Shown one piece after another: positions 35,871 to 47,500 of a stretch of DNA of 64,000 nt. The notes beneath the pieces are model-generated. The model was not told the DNA's origin. It did no database searches and saw only the letters and a list, made by a program, of their open reading frames with translations. Both the position numbers and the translations under genes were made by a program. This stretch comes from Anthoceros angustus. Taxonomy: Eukaryota > Plantae > Anthocerotophyta. Each line of letters opens with the position of its first letter. Positions within the stretch are counted from its first letter, which is position 1. Location: positions 496,001 through 560,000 of the forward strand of contig MU008195.1 of assembly GCA_010909165.1 (NCBI GenBank). The letters run 5' to 3'.

Positions 35871-36804
35871 GATGGCATGTGATATATATCTCATCCAGCA
35901 GGTCTCACACAGGGGAAACCAGCGTGCACAGGACGGAGCACAGCTTGAATGCTTTGCTAGTAGACCGAAGACACCGAATGAAGTATTGAGGGAGGATAGC
36001 GAGGACAGCTTGGCTGTCCTTGACAGATTTCCGTCTGCAGCATGAACCTTTCGGGGGATGCCACGCTCCAGATGTTATAACCCATGTGTAGTCGGCAACA
36101 GTTTCCCAAACAGCTTGATGTTGATGTCATTTTGGATGTTGCACGATGCGAATAGGCTCTTGACATATCTACATCACAAGCAAGAAAGGATCGAGACCTT
36201 ATTGGTGTTCTTTGGAGGTTTCAGGCGTGACCTCCCAACACACTGCTTTACCTAATACTTTGTGGAGCAAGAGTTGTAGCTTATGGATTCACAAGGATGG
36301 GTGAACCGGTGCATCAAAGATACAAGACAAAGAAAGACTGTTTTCATATAGTTTACTCCCGAGCCCACTCCCGAGTCCCATATCAGAAGCAGCTTGAAGA
36401 GGGTAGTCACTGCACAAAAGCACAAGGGATAAGGAGGCACATGAGACCATAAATCAGCAGAGCTGCCATCTTAGATTGCAGCCAAGAGATTAAGCAAAGT
36501 GCTTGACACTTCAAACTCACACGAGCAGCAGAGCAGATCGTCGCAACACTACCTTCGGTTATGACAGCCATGGCGCAGAAACTGCCATCTCGAAGGTGCC
36601 TGCATCTTCAACGCTCATGACGGCAGCTGCCTGAGGCGCCCTGTGCGCAGATCAGAAGAAGCTACCAATCTGCCGCAACTGCCAGCTGGCCGGTGAAACT
36701 CATGCATGGCCATGCCTTAGTGACATAACCTTATGTGGCTCCATAACCTTAGGTTGCACCAGCTTCATTAAAATGAGCATGACTGCTAGTTGTGACCATG
36801 GATA

Positions 36805-39331
36805 TCAGCAACTCCCTGAATCTGAAGTCGTCTCCAGCTGTGAGATCAATCCTTGCTTCTTCAGACCTGAGTTGAGTTCTTTGAGCAAGCCATGGAGGAC
36901 GAGGTGCTGCTGTTGGTGTCCGCCCACCAGGAATGTGTGCACCTCCTGCTTGTGCTCGATCCAGCTCTGCCCAGGCTTCCTCCTTGCACCTGCCTGCTGT
37001 CTGGACTGGTTGATCTGATTTGCTGGCTCCCAGAGTCCAGCATCTGCATAGATGTTCCACATGAGCACATAGGCTGCACCTCCTTCTGGGTCCGAGGCCG
37101 CAGCACACTGGAAGAAGAGCTCTGCCAGGCCCACGTTGCCGTGCTTTCGGCAGGCAGCCAGTAGGGACAGCCATACTGGTAGAGTGGGCTGCATTGGCAT
37201 GTGGGTGAGCAGATGTTGAGCCTTGCTGAAGAGTCCTGCTCGGGCCACAAGGTCAATTATGCAGATGTAGTGCTCCAGTTCAGGAGGGATGCCATAGTCG
37301 GTGGCCATGCTGCTGAAGTAGCCAAGTCCTTGCTCTACCATGCCCGCATGGCTGCAGGCTGAGAGCAGTGCCGTAAAGGTGACTCTGTCTGGTTTCACAC
37401 CTGCCTGACACATGTTTTGATAGCAGTGTATGGCTTTCTCGCAGGCTCCATGGTGGGCATAGCCAGCAATCAGTGCAGTCCATGACACCACGTCAGGCTG
37501 AGGTAGAGCGTCAAATACAGTTTGTGCATCCTCCATGCTCCCACATTTACCCAAGGCATGGATTAGGCTGGTAGCCATGGTGGGACTGCAGTCAAGCCCC
37601 TGATCACGAATGCTGAGATAAGTGTGCAGACAGGTAGCCAAAGCCCCTGTATTGCCACATGCTTCCAGGACAGAGAGGAATGTAGCTTCATCAGATGTCA
37701 TGCCGCCCGCTCGCATCTGTGCATAAAGTTGCAGAGCTTTCTCTCCTTGACCGTGTTGGCTATATGCCGCAATCAGCGTGTTCCATGCCACCACATCTCG
37801 GTGAGATAGTTTATCAAACACCTGTTGTGCATCCTTAAGACTCCCGCATCTCGTGTAGACACTGACCAGGCTGTTTGCAACAAGCAGATGTGATTCCAGG
37901 CCCCGCTTAGCCGCATCAGCATGTATTGCTTTCCCCAAACGTAGCGGCTCCGATAGCCCAGGAATATCCTGCTCACCAGCTGCTTGCTGCTCTGCAATAA
38001 TGCCACAGGCTTGAAGAGCACTAACAAGAGTCCACGCATCAGGTCTGACACCTGCCGCTTTCATTTGCGCATATACTTGCAACGCCATTTCTGCTTGCCC
38101 CTGCTGTGCATAGGCTGTGATCATGGCAGTCCAGGACACAACATCTTGGTGTGACGACATGTCAAACACGCATCGAGCATCCCTGATGCTCCCACATCTA
38201 CCATACACACAGACCAAAGCACTGAGGAGAAAGCCATTCAAGGCGAAACCCCTTGCAACAGCCTCTGCATGTATTTCCTTCCCTTTCACCAGAGCCTCCA
38301 CTTTTACACTCTGCCCATGCACAACCGCACTTTCCTCCTCCTCTGCAAGCTTGCCACAAGCCTGAAGAGCACTCACAATAGTCCAGCCATCTGGCCTGAT
38401 CCCCTCCTCCTGCATCCGCCGATACACACGCAAGGCCATTTCTCCCAGGCCTTGTTCAGCATATGCAGCTACCATCGTCGTCCACGACACCACATTGCGG
38501 TGTGAAAGCCGGTCAAACACATCCCGGGCATGCTCAATGCTCCCACACTTTGCATACATGCTAACCAACGTGCTTCCGACGAACACATCGGATTCAAGCC
38601 CAAGTCTGAGAGCATCAGCATGAATCTGCTTCCCACCCTCGAGATCCCCCACCTTGCTGCACGCTTTGAGGAGGCTCACAAAAGTATACTTGTCAGGCAG
38701 CACCCCTTCCCGCAGCATTTCTCCATACCACCACAGCGCCTCCCGGCATTGCCCAGCATTGCCATACCCTGAAATGATGGCTGTCCAAGAGAAAACTGTC
38801 CGCTCCGACAACCTTTGAAACACACAAAGCCCATCCGCAAGACTCCCACACTTAACCAGCGTGGTGACCACAAGATTGCCCAGCAATTCATCCGACTCCA
38901 ACCCACGTGCTGCCAGATGGGCATGCACTCTTCTGGCACCACCCAGATCCTTCCTCTTCATGCAGGCTTGCAGCAGGCCTCTATACATTTGCACCGAAGG
39001 CAAACACCCCTCTTTATCCAGGGCCTGGAGCTGCAGGGCCATGTCAACCCCTCCATTCTTCCTACCCACGCACTCAACATGCACCCTGCACAAACCAGCA
39101 ACCCAACAACGGGAATCTCTCTCAAACCAGAAATCCCAGAAGCATAAATCCCACGTCACTAACGCAAGGCATCACACACACACAGAAACAGGCAGATTAA
39201 CTACCTTTCATAGCCAGAAACCAAAATCGGACGAAGACCCACTTGGTGTTCAGCTGTGAAGAGTCAGAATCCAATATTGCAATGGAAACAGTAGGATTTG
39301 CCGCAGCCAGACCCCTCCTCAGCAACATCAT
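36805..39331 (-). CDS. PLS-class PPR protein with E/E+ extension, no DYW (organellar RNA-editing factor); predicted exons 39331-39243 and 39085-36805
   Basis: Uninterrupted array of P/L/S motifs (VFSWTAIISGY, PDKYTFVSLLKAC, VFVGSTLVSMYAKCG), E domain WLSLLAACRKHG and E+ KPGQSWIE. The 5' exon is inferred from an in-frame AA/GTGGGT...TGCAG/G splice; the first ATG of the large exon is at 39042. Confidence 0.93.
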
Positions 39332-39730
39332 CTCCTTGAAAGCTTGGACCTGCCTGTCCATCAGGCAGGTGTTTGCCACGTTCGACACTTCCCGCAAACA
39401 CCTGCCCCATGAAGGCTGGTCCATGTCCCACCACCAATCCCCCGATTCGGCAACAGCATCCCAGCCGGGCCCCGGCTGCATCACATGTTTGGATGAGGTC
39501 CGATCCGGATCTCCACCCTGGTCCAAAAAAAGATCTAGTGTACCCAGCACCGGTTCACACCACAGAAAGATGTCTGTCGTCGCCTTCCACGACCCGGCTC
39601 CTTTTCCGTCCTTTAGAATATGCACGGTTCAAAAATTCGTGCACCGCTTCCTGCTGTGGAGCTCGCTTCACCCGGGCCAGGAGGTTTCGACGGAGCGTGA
39701 ATTCCAGCATTGATTAAGCGCGGCCCGTGG

Positions 39731-41569
39731 ATGGGTGGCCAAGGCCAGAACTCCACCAATCGGAGCGTGAAGCTGGAGCCAGCCCCGCGCGGGCACGGAG
39801 TGGGCATGGGCAGGGTTTGGCCGCAGCAACGCCGCCAGCTTGAAGCAGGATCGGCAGGAAGCAGCCATGGCCGGCAGAAGCAGCAGCAGCAGCAGCTGCA
39901 GAAGCATATGCAGAAGCAGGAACAGAGAACTTTCCTCCACGCCTTCCTCTCGGGGCTGCTCGGCTCTGTGACGCAGAATGTGGTATCCTCTTGGAAGCAG
40001 CTGTGCGCAGAGGAAGGTCAGGGAACGACGGCGGCTCAAAACCTCAGCCTGCTGGCTGCCCACAGGCCCCTGGTGCTTCTGGCTTTCAAGAACGCGTCTT
40101 CCTCTGATGTTGGTGCGGTGAAGCCTGCTTCTGCTGGATCTGCAGCCGCCAGCAGCGAGGCTGTGGCGGACTCCGGGGTAGATGAGGTGGTGGATTTCTC
40201 GGGGTTTGGACCAGCCTTCATCGGGCAGGTGTTTACCATGTGTGATACCTCGCGGAGGGGCCTGATTGCGGTGCGGGCGGACTCCTTCAGATCGTCCCTG
40301 CCTTCCTTCGTGCCCTCGTTTGTGTCTGATTTGTCACTGGGTTGGGTACGCAAGGCGCTAGGCCACATTTTCAAGGACGACGCCGACGGCCCCGTCTTCC
40401 GCTTCTACTTCGACAAGGATGAGGCAGCCGCGTATGTGAAAAGGTTGAATTTGAATGGGAGCACGGTAGGCTCTTGCCCTCTGGATGCTGCCTACAGGTA
40501 CTTCAAAGGGAAGCCTCCAATGTTTAGATTTGTGCCAGACAAGAAGCAGGTTAAGGCAGCCAAGGAGTTGCTGAGGAAGGAGCAGGGGAAGAGAGCGGCC
40601 AAGTCGTTTAAGGGAGTGCCTGTGTTCACAGCAAGGAATCTGACCATTGCTATGTCGACGCCAGGGGGTGTTAGGTGGTTCACACCCTACTTCTTCGATA
40701 AGAAGCAGGTTGACAACCTGGTGGGACATTCGGTGGATCACTACTATCAGATGTTAATTTATGCACGTCACCTGCAACGCCATAGTCAGGTTGATGTGGA
40801 CTTTCCGGGGGAAGTGGCTGAGGATGACCCCGATGGCCTTTTAGACCCCATGGAAGTGCAGGAGTTTATGGAGGAAATGGGGCAGGGTGCAGCTGGGTTG
40901 GAGTCCGCCATCGTCAAGGCGGCCGAGGTTTACTTCCAGGACCTGCTGGACGTTGTGCTTCTGGGAAACAAGTGGAGCCGGAACCTTGCTGGACTCCAGC
41001 CCAGCTTCCCTGTAGTTGTAGACTCGTTTGAAAGGAGAGCAGCTGCAGCGGAGACTGAAGCTGCTAATGCCAGTATCGAGGATGGAGCTGCCGTTGAAGA
41101 CGACTGCAGGCCAAGGAGTTCTGGTCGTGGGGAGGACAGCAGTGTGTCTGGAATGGATGCTGATGCTGGTAGGCAGGAAAGTGGATGGAATGGCCGAGAT
41201 TCTGGGAAAAGGCCCTTTCGATCCTTTGGTAAGAATTGGGGATTCAATCTGGATGGCGTGATGAAGAGGAAGAATGGGGAGGATTTGGATCTGCAGGGCA
41301 CAAAGTCTGCGACATCCTCCAGCAGGAGTGGGCCCAAGGATGCTGATTCAGAGCAATCTTCTTCCATGGACCATGGTTTCCAACCTAAGTTAACAATGAT
41401 GGGGATTGCCATGAACGGGCCCGTGAATGATTTAGACAAGGCAATGGCTGGAGCAGCCAAGGACATAGAGGATAGGATTCGAAAGGGTGAGGGATCAGGG
41501 AAGGAGCACCGCCCTCTCTTCATCGCAGACTTAGGAGGTCCCCTGAACTTTGAAACGACAAGCAGCTAG
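39731..41569 (+). CDS. Tic22-like family protein (plastid envelope; divergent long Tic22-like type), intronless
   Basis: FRFVPDKKQVKAA, FKGVPVFTARNLTIA, WFTPYFFDK..DNLV..SVD, C-terminal PKLTMMGI and PLFIADLG; the first ATG is at 39731. Confidence 0.85.
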   Translation: MGGQGQNSTNRSVKLEPAPRGHGVGMGRVWPQQRRQLEAGSAGSSHGRQKQQQQQLQKHMQKQEQRTFLHAFLSGLLGSVTQNVVSSWKQLCAEEGQGTTAAQNLSLLAAHRPLVLLAFKNASSSDVGAVKPASAGSAAASSEAVADSGVDEVVDFSGFGPAFIGQVFTMCDTSRRGLIAVRADSFRSSLPSFVPSFVSDLSLGWVRKALGHIFKDDADGPVFRFYFDKDEAAAYVKRLNLNGSTVGSCPLDAAYRYFKGKPPMFRFVPDKKQVKAAKELLRKEQGKRAAKSFKGVPVFTARNLTIAMSTPGGVRWFTPYFFDKKQVDNLVGHSVDHYYQMLIYARHLQRHSQVDVDFPGEVAEDDPDGLLDPMEVQEFMEEMGQGAAGLESAIVKAAEVYFQDLLDVVLLGNKWSRNLAGLQPSFPVVVDSFERRAAAAETEAANASIEDGAAVEDDCRPRSSGRGEDSSVSGMDADAGRQESGWNGRDSGKRPFRSFGKNWGFNLDGVMKRKNGEDLDLQGTKSATSSSRSGPKDADSEQSSSMDHGFQPKLTMMGIAMNGPVNDLDKAMAGAAKDIEDRIRKGEGSGKEHRPLFIADLGGPLNFETTSS

Positions 41570-44500
41570 GGTGTTTCATATGTGTCCAGAGTATCAACGA
41601 AGTTCACGTGCCTCATACAAGAACGTGCTTATGTAGCTGGTTGCTGTACTCGCACCAACGTACAAGTGCTACGGTGGAGGTTGTTGCAACGGAATGGTGT
41701 GCAAGGGATGCATGTGCAAGGGTTTGCCTAGCTATCTCCTCCTTGTAGCTTGGACATAACTGCCACATATGTCTTAACCCGGGTTGCTCCCTTTGCAGGG
41801 GTCACATGTATCCAGGTTGACCTAGGAACTTCATTTAATGTCAAGAAGGGAAGAAACTTCTTGTAGCCTTGCAGTTGGATTCCAATGAAGCAATATCAGG
41901 AGGATGGAGGATGTCGGTAGACACCAGCTGCGTCAACGGGGCAGATTCTTCCGGAGGCTCACAGACATCCATCAAAGGTTCCGACTAGCTGCACATGATA
42001 ACTAAGATGTCTTGAGCTGCCTGCTGTCACCTAGTACGCTGTTTTCGTGGCTAGCGACTACAAGCCAAGGAGCCTTCTGCATGTCAGTAGTACCATATTC
42101 TGTCGGAAGGACGTTTCCAGTGGCAGGAAGGAACTGACCGTTCTCTCCAGGGTTCGGAGCCCTAATCTGTACAGTCTGAATGTTTCTTTGATCTTTGAAA
42201 CGGCAACGACCCCTCATGTATCAACATCCTCTTGTGATTGCTGGAAGCCGACTGTTTTACTCCAAACTGGGGCTGGGCGTCGAGATACTAGTAAGCTGTA
42301 GCCCCAAATTGTCAAATTGCATCTAATTTGTGAATAGGCAAAAGAAACATTGTTCCTTGGGTCTCCAACCTATTTTCTGCTCTAAATCTTAACTTGGGTG
42401 CAGGTAGAAACTTGTTGGTTTTGTTGCGAGCAGTGGTTTGGATGACCTTGCCAATGGCTAGTAAGACCCTTGAAGCCCAACTTGAGCTTGTGTTGCAGCA
42501 AAGGTGACCTTGGATTTTGCTGCTGCAGCCAAGGTGACCTTGGATTTTGCTGCTGCAGCCAAGGTGACCTTGGATTTTGCTGATGTTGCCATACGCGGAC
42601 ACCTTCATAAATCCTCATGACAGGGTCGGTTCCACTACTCCTGATGCCAATTTGAAACACCCATGTGTAGCACTGGTGGCCCTGTCGTTACTGCGAGCTA
42701 GGATACAAACGAGTGAAGCCGCAATGTTGTGGGATGGGATTCCGTTGCCCTAAGGCGTTCGCGGACTGCTGGCCAAATAGACAGCATGTAGTTTAGCCCC
42801 TTCCAACTCGCTAGTCGTTCGGGGCCTATGGGAATTTCTTAGAACGTACTAATAGGTTTGCAGTCAAGGATCGGGAAGGCCTCCTCCATAAGCGAGGCGG
42901 AGGATGAACACTCATTGCGGGCTTGAGGGCTCATAGTGGCATAGTTGTCATGTGTGCATGGACTCAAGAAGGAGGAGTGCACTCCCGTCGAGACATGATC
43001 GGGGCAAGTTAAGCACGCAATAACTCAAGAATTCAACGAGGTCCTCAATAATCGAGTGAAAATATGTGTAGCTTAGTAGGGTAATTTTCAGATTTATTCG
43101 ATTAAAAGATCCTAGAAAAGCCCGTCAATTAGGGGTCAACGCTTTGACATGGGTGATATACTTCTTGTGGTCCTCCCTTCAAGGAGTGGCATGCACTTCA
43201 TGGGTGATATACTTCTTGTGGTCCTCCCTTCAAGGAGTGGCATGCACTTGGTTCACCGGAACTCCACAGTCTTGAAAGCGTCCTTGGGACGGATCGTGGT
43301 GGGTGGCATCCATTCCTAGCTCCATGGCCTGGATTATAAATCATGCCCTTATGCGCCGCTTGTTAGTGCCCTACGGCCTACTCCATATCAAACATTAAAC
43401 TTCGGTCGGGACTTGATGTACACTTTGAAATATCAATACCAAATTCTTTGCACTTTGAAATATCTATGTAAAGTCTCCAAATTCTCTACACTTTGAAATA
43501 TCTACATATAAAGTCTCCAAATTCTCTAACAAGATAAGCGTATGATCTTCATACATGACATGTTTATCCATAAGGATGGAGCAAAAGGAAAAGCTTTTAG
43601 TAGATAACTTCACTTTCACCTTCCCATATGTACTACTAACCGTGCCATTCACAAAATGATGACTGAAGCAAGGCATTTTTGACCACGTCCAGTGATCCCT
43701 CTTTTTCGAGACGGTCTCGTTAAGTGCCGATCTAAAATAGGACCCAAGGACCACCTTTGGTCAATGAGCAGACTATACTAGACTTATGCCCGATGAATAG
43801 ATGTTGATGCATTAGACATAAATTTCTTGATTCTATATGTTTCATTGAATATTTTAATATTACTATGTCCTCTTCCAAGCTTTGTAGCGAAAGTGGTATC
43901 AAAAGCAAAGTAAAATGATTCTTATCTATTTACAAAAAGGAAAATGATATGAGAAGCAAAGACAAAAGATGGGAACGTGAGGATGTCACTCCATGAAGTC
44001 CAATGATGCCACCAATGGGTAAATGAAGTAATACGTTTCTCAAATTTTTGGGCGAGCCATGAAGTCACATAATACCACGAATGGGTAAATGAAGTAATAC
44101 ATTTTCTCAATCGCTTGGGCTGAAGCTACGTGAGGATTGTGTCTTAAGGGTTAAGTAAGTGTCTTTTCTTCTTCTTCTCGTTCGTATCAAAAGGTTGAGG
44201 TATTGGTTTTAATATTTTCTTCCGACATTGAGCCACTACGTAGCATTGGGAGGCAAGTGGGAAGATCTTCCGTTAAAGTCTCACTATCTTGAGCCATCAT
44301 TTAATGGTAACTATCTCTCTGGTTACGCTTGAAATTCTTTGCTTAAAACATTTGATGGTGACTTCATCGTCCTCGCCTTAGAAATATCTCGCTATCTTGA
44401 GCCAATCTTCGCCTATCTTAGACCATTTGATGGTAACTTGGTTGCCTTGAAATTCTTTGCTTAAACTATTGGATGGTGACTCCATTGCCCTCACCTTGGA

Positions 44501-47500
44501 AATATTTTTATGGTCCCTTTACGATCTTGCTTATACGTGACTATAAAGCATTATTCTACAAGGATGCACATCGATTGCAATAATTATCTTATCGATTTAC
44601 AACATATCCTCTTTTGTTTTAATAAATTTAAGGCTTTATAAAATAAAAGTTACAAACGTGCCCAACACGTCCTTACTCGGTCTCTCAAGAGAATGTCCTT
44701 ACAGCATTACTTAGATCGAATGGCGGAAGAACCCAAGAGGCTCCAAGCTTTGATCGCATCTAGACATTACTTGACTAATTTGTATTATCCATGGCCACGG
44801 AGAGGCTCCAAGCTTCGATCGGATCTAGATGTTAATGGACTAATTTATCGTATCCATGGCCATGGCATGCACTCTATCAAGAAGCGTCTTCTCCACGTGA
44901 CAACTAGAGTCGAAGTGTCTTCTCCACAATGACGACTAGAGTCGAAGTGTCTTCTCCATGACGGTGGAATCGGATCATCTTCTCCACAACGTGGAATCGA
45001 GGCTGTCTTCTCCACATCGAATGAAGTGCCTTCTCCACATACGGTGGAATCGGAAGTGTCTTCTCCATAGCAAGCTGGAATTAATATTGCTACGAAATAT
45101 ATAGGACTTATTTGTTGTATCCATGGCCACACCTGCGGGACTCGGGACTCTAGAGCCGGTAGAGAGGCAAGGAAGTATACAGTTTCATGGCATAGCTTGT
45201 GGAATGGTTTCATGGGGGCATTCGATTCAAGATTTCATTATTCCTAGTCCAAGAGTTATAATGGGCATATATCGTCCCTTTCCATGCATGCTTGCTTGTA
45301 TGTGACCACGAAACATTATTCTACGTGGATACACAAATTCTTCATATGTGACTTCCTTTTCAAAGGTGATAATGTCTTGAACTTTTGGGAGATTTGACCA
45401 TACATAAAGCTCATTGAGACTTTCAACCATATCTTTGACTCTATCTTCGTCAACTAAAACTTTATTACTAATTAGCATCTCATCATGGTAGGGTCTAAAG
45501 TTGACTTCATAGAGGCAATAGAGAACAATGGATGTCACAAGATGTGGAAGTGATAATAATATTTGATAAGCCATGATTTACGTATTTGGATCTCCATTCA
45601 TAAATCCCCATATGTTAATGTGCAAAGTGTGAGTTTTTGGAACATACTTCCAATTTTGCCATGCTTGACATTACTCATATACTTCATAATAATTTGTTCT
45701 TGTAAGTCAAGTGGAAGATTACAAATGATTCAAAAGACCCATAACTTTGTCTTGGATTGGCTTTTGTCCTCGTAAGTCAAATGAAAGATAAAGAATAAGA
45801 CTTTATCTTGGATTATTATGATTCGCGATCAACCAAATAAGCTCTATGAAAGGTTGGAATTATAGCCTTGAAGAGTGCATAACATCTATAGGTAATCACA
45901 CGATTACTTTTGAATACGATAATTAGCGAACCCATATACCACATATATAGCCTCTCTTTTTCGATAAACTCTGCGCTTTGTAAAATAAATAGTTACAAAT
46001 GTGCCGAGCAAGTCCTATCTCGGTGTCTCAAGTCAACGTCCTCACGAGGATTCCTCAAAATCGAAGATGAGGAAGAACCGGAGATGTTCCAAGCTCCGAT
46101 CGGATTTGGGCATTTGGACCGATTTGTAGTGTCCACAGCCACGGCACCACTCCACAGATAGCCTCAGCATGGATCACCTCCAACTCCCTCTTGGCGAATG
46201 TCTCGGGGTCCGCGGATAGGCATCGCGATCGTAGTCGCCAGGAATTCTCCTTCGTATGATGGAGTGTTGGCGGAGAAGGGCCTAGCCACTTGGGATGGTC
46301 GAGGCCATACGGATGCAGCAAGAAGGAGTTCTGATTGCAGTTAGCAAGATCCGGAAGAATTTTGAACACTTCTCCGGTTTCACTCCGACTTATGAACACA
46401 CGTGTGGGCGTGGAGATACTAGTAAGCTGCAGCCCCAAATTATCAATTGCATCTAATTTGTGAAGAGGCAAAAGAAACATTGTTCCTTGGGTCTCCAACC
46501 TATTTTCTACTCAAAATCTTAACTTGGGTGCGGTAGAAACTTGTTGGTTTTGTTGCGCGATGGTTTGGATGACCTTGCCAATGGCTAGTAAGACCCTTGA
46601 AGCCCAATTTGAGCTTGTGTTGCAGCAAAAGGTGACCTTGGATTTTTCTGCTGCAAGGTGACCTTGGATTTTCTTTGCTTTATGACCAGGTGACCTTGGA
46701 TTTTGCCATCGTGGACACCTTCATAAATCCTCATGACGTCGGTTCCACTACTCCCGATGCCAATTTGAAACACCCATGTGTAGCGGTGGCCTGGTTACAG
46801 AACTAGGATACAAGCAGTGAAGCCGCAATGTTGTGGGATGGGATTCCGTTGCCCTAAGGCGTTCGGTGCTGGCCAAATAGACAGATGTAGTTTAGCCCTT
46901 CCAACTCGCTAGTCGTTCGGGCCTTTGGGAATTTCTTAGAACGTACTAATAGGTTTGCGGTCAAGGATCGGAAGGCCTCCTCCATAAGCGAGGCGTGAGG
47001 ATGAACACTCATTGCGGGCTTGAGGGGTCATAGTGGCATAGTTGTCATGTGTGCATGGACTCAAGAAGGAGGAGTGCACTCCGTCTGAGACATGATCGGG
47101 GCAAGTTAAGCCGCAATAACTCAAGAATTCAACGAGGTCCTCAATAATCGAGTGAAAATATGTGTAGCTTAGTAGGGTAATTTTCAGATTTATTCGATTA
47201 AAAGATCCTAGAAAAAGCCCGTCAATTAGGGGTCAACGCTTTGACATGGGTGATATACTTCTTGTGGTCCTCCCTTCAAGGAGTGGCATGTAGACTTCAT
47301 GGGTGATATACTTCTTGTGGTCCTCCCTTCAAGGAGTGGCATGCAGACTTGGTTCACTGGAACTCCACAGTCTTGAAAGCGTCCTTGGGACGGATCAGTA
47401 CTCGGGTGGGTGGCATCCATTCCTAGCTCCATGGCCCTGTGGATTATAAATCATGCCCTTATCGCCTTGTTTGAGTGCCTACGGGCCTACTCCATATCAA

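Noticed and set aside
36805-36960. DYW deaminase domain at the PPR C-terminus
   Set aside because: The ORF stops after E+; there is no HSE/CxxC/DYW signature
34110-41523. Long antisense or alternate-frame ORFs over CIPK, PPR and Tic22-like (e.g. 34746-35660, 40930-41523)
   Set aside because: They are shadows of GC-rich coding sequence with no independent motifs
43100-43130. CTAG near the unit-internal breakpoints as a Helitron 3' end
   Set aside because: No convincing GC-rich hairpin upstream and no 5' TC/A-T junction identified
43894-43906. TGGTATCAAAAGC resembling a tRNA-Met primer-binding site in each 4.1 kb unit
   Set aside because: Imperfect match, not preceded by an LTR-ending CA, and no matching PPT/LTR pair could be defined
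44880-45075. CRISPR-like look of the GAAGTGTCTTCTCCA repeats (and of the 22 bp and 48 bp arrays)
   Set aside because: Spacers are only ~10 bp or are non-unique, there are no cas genes, and the context is eukaryotic
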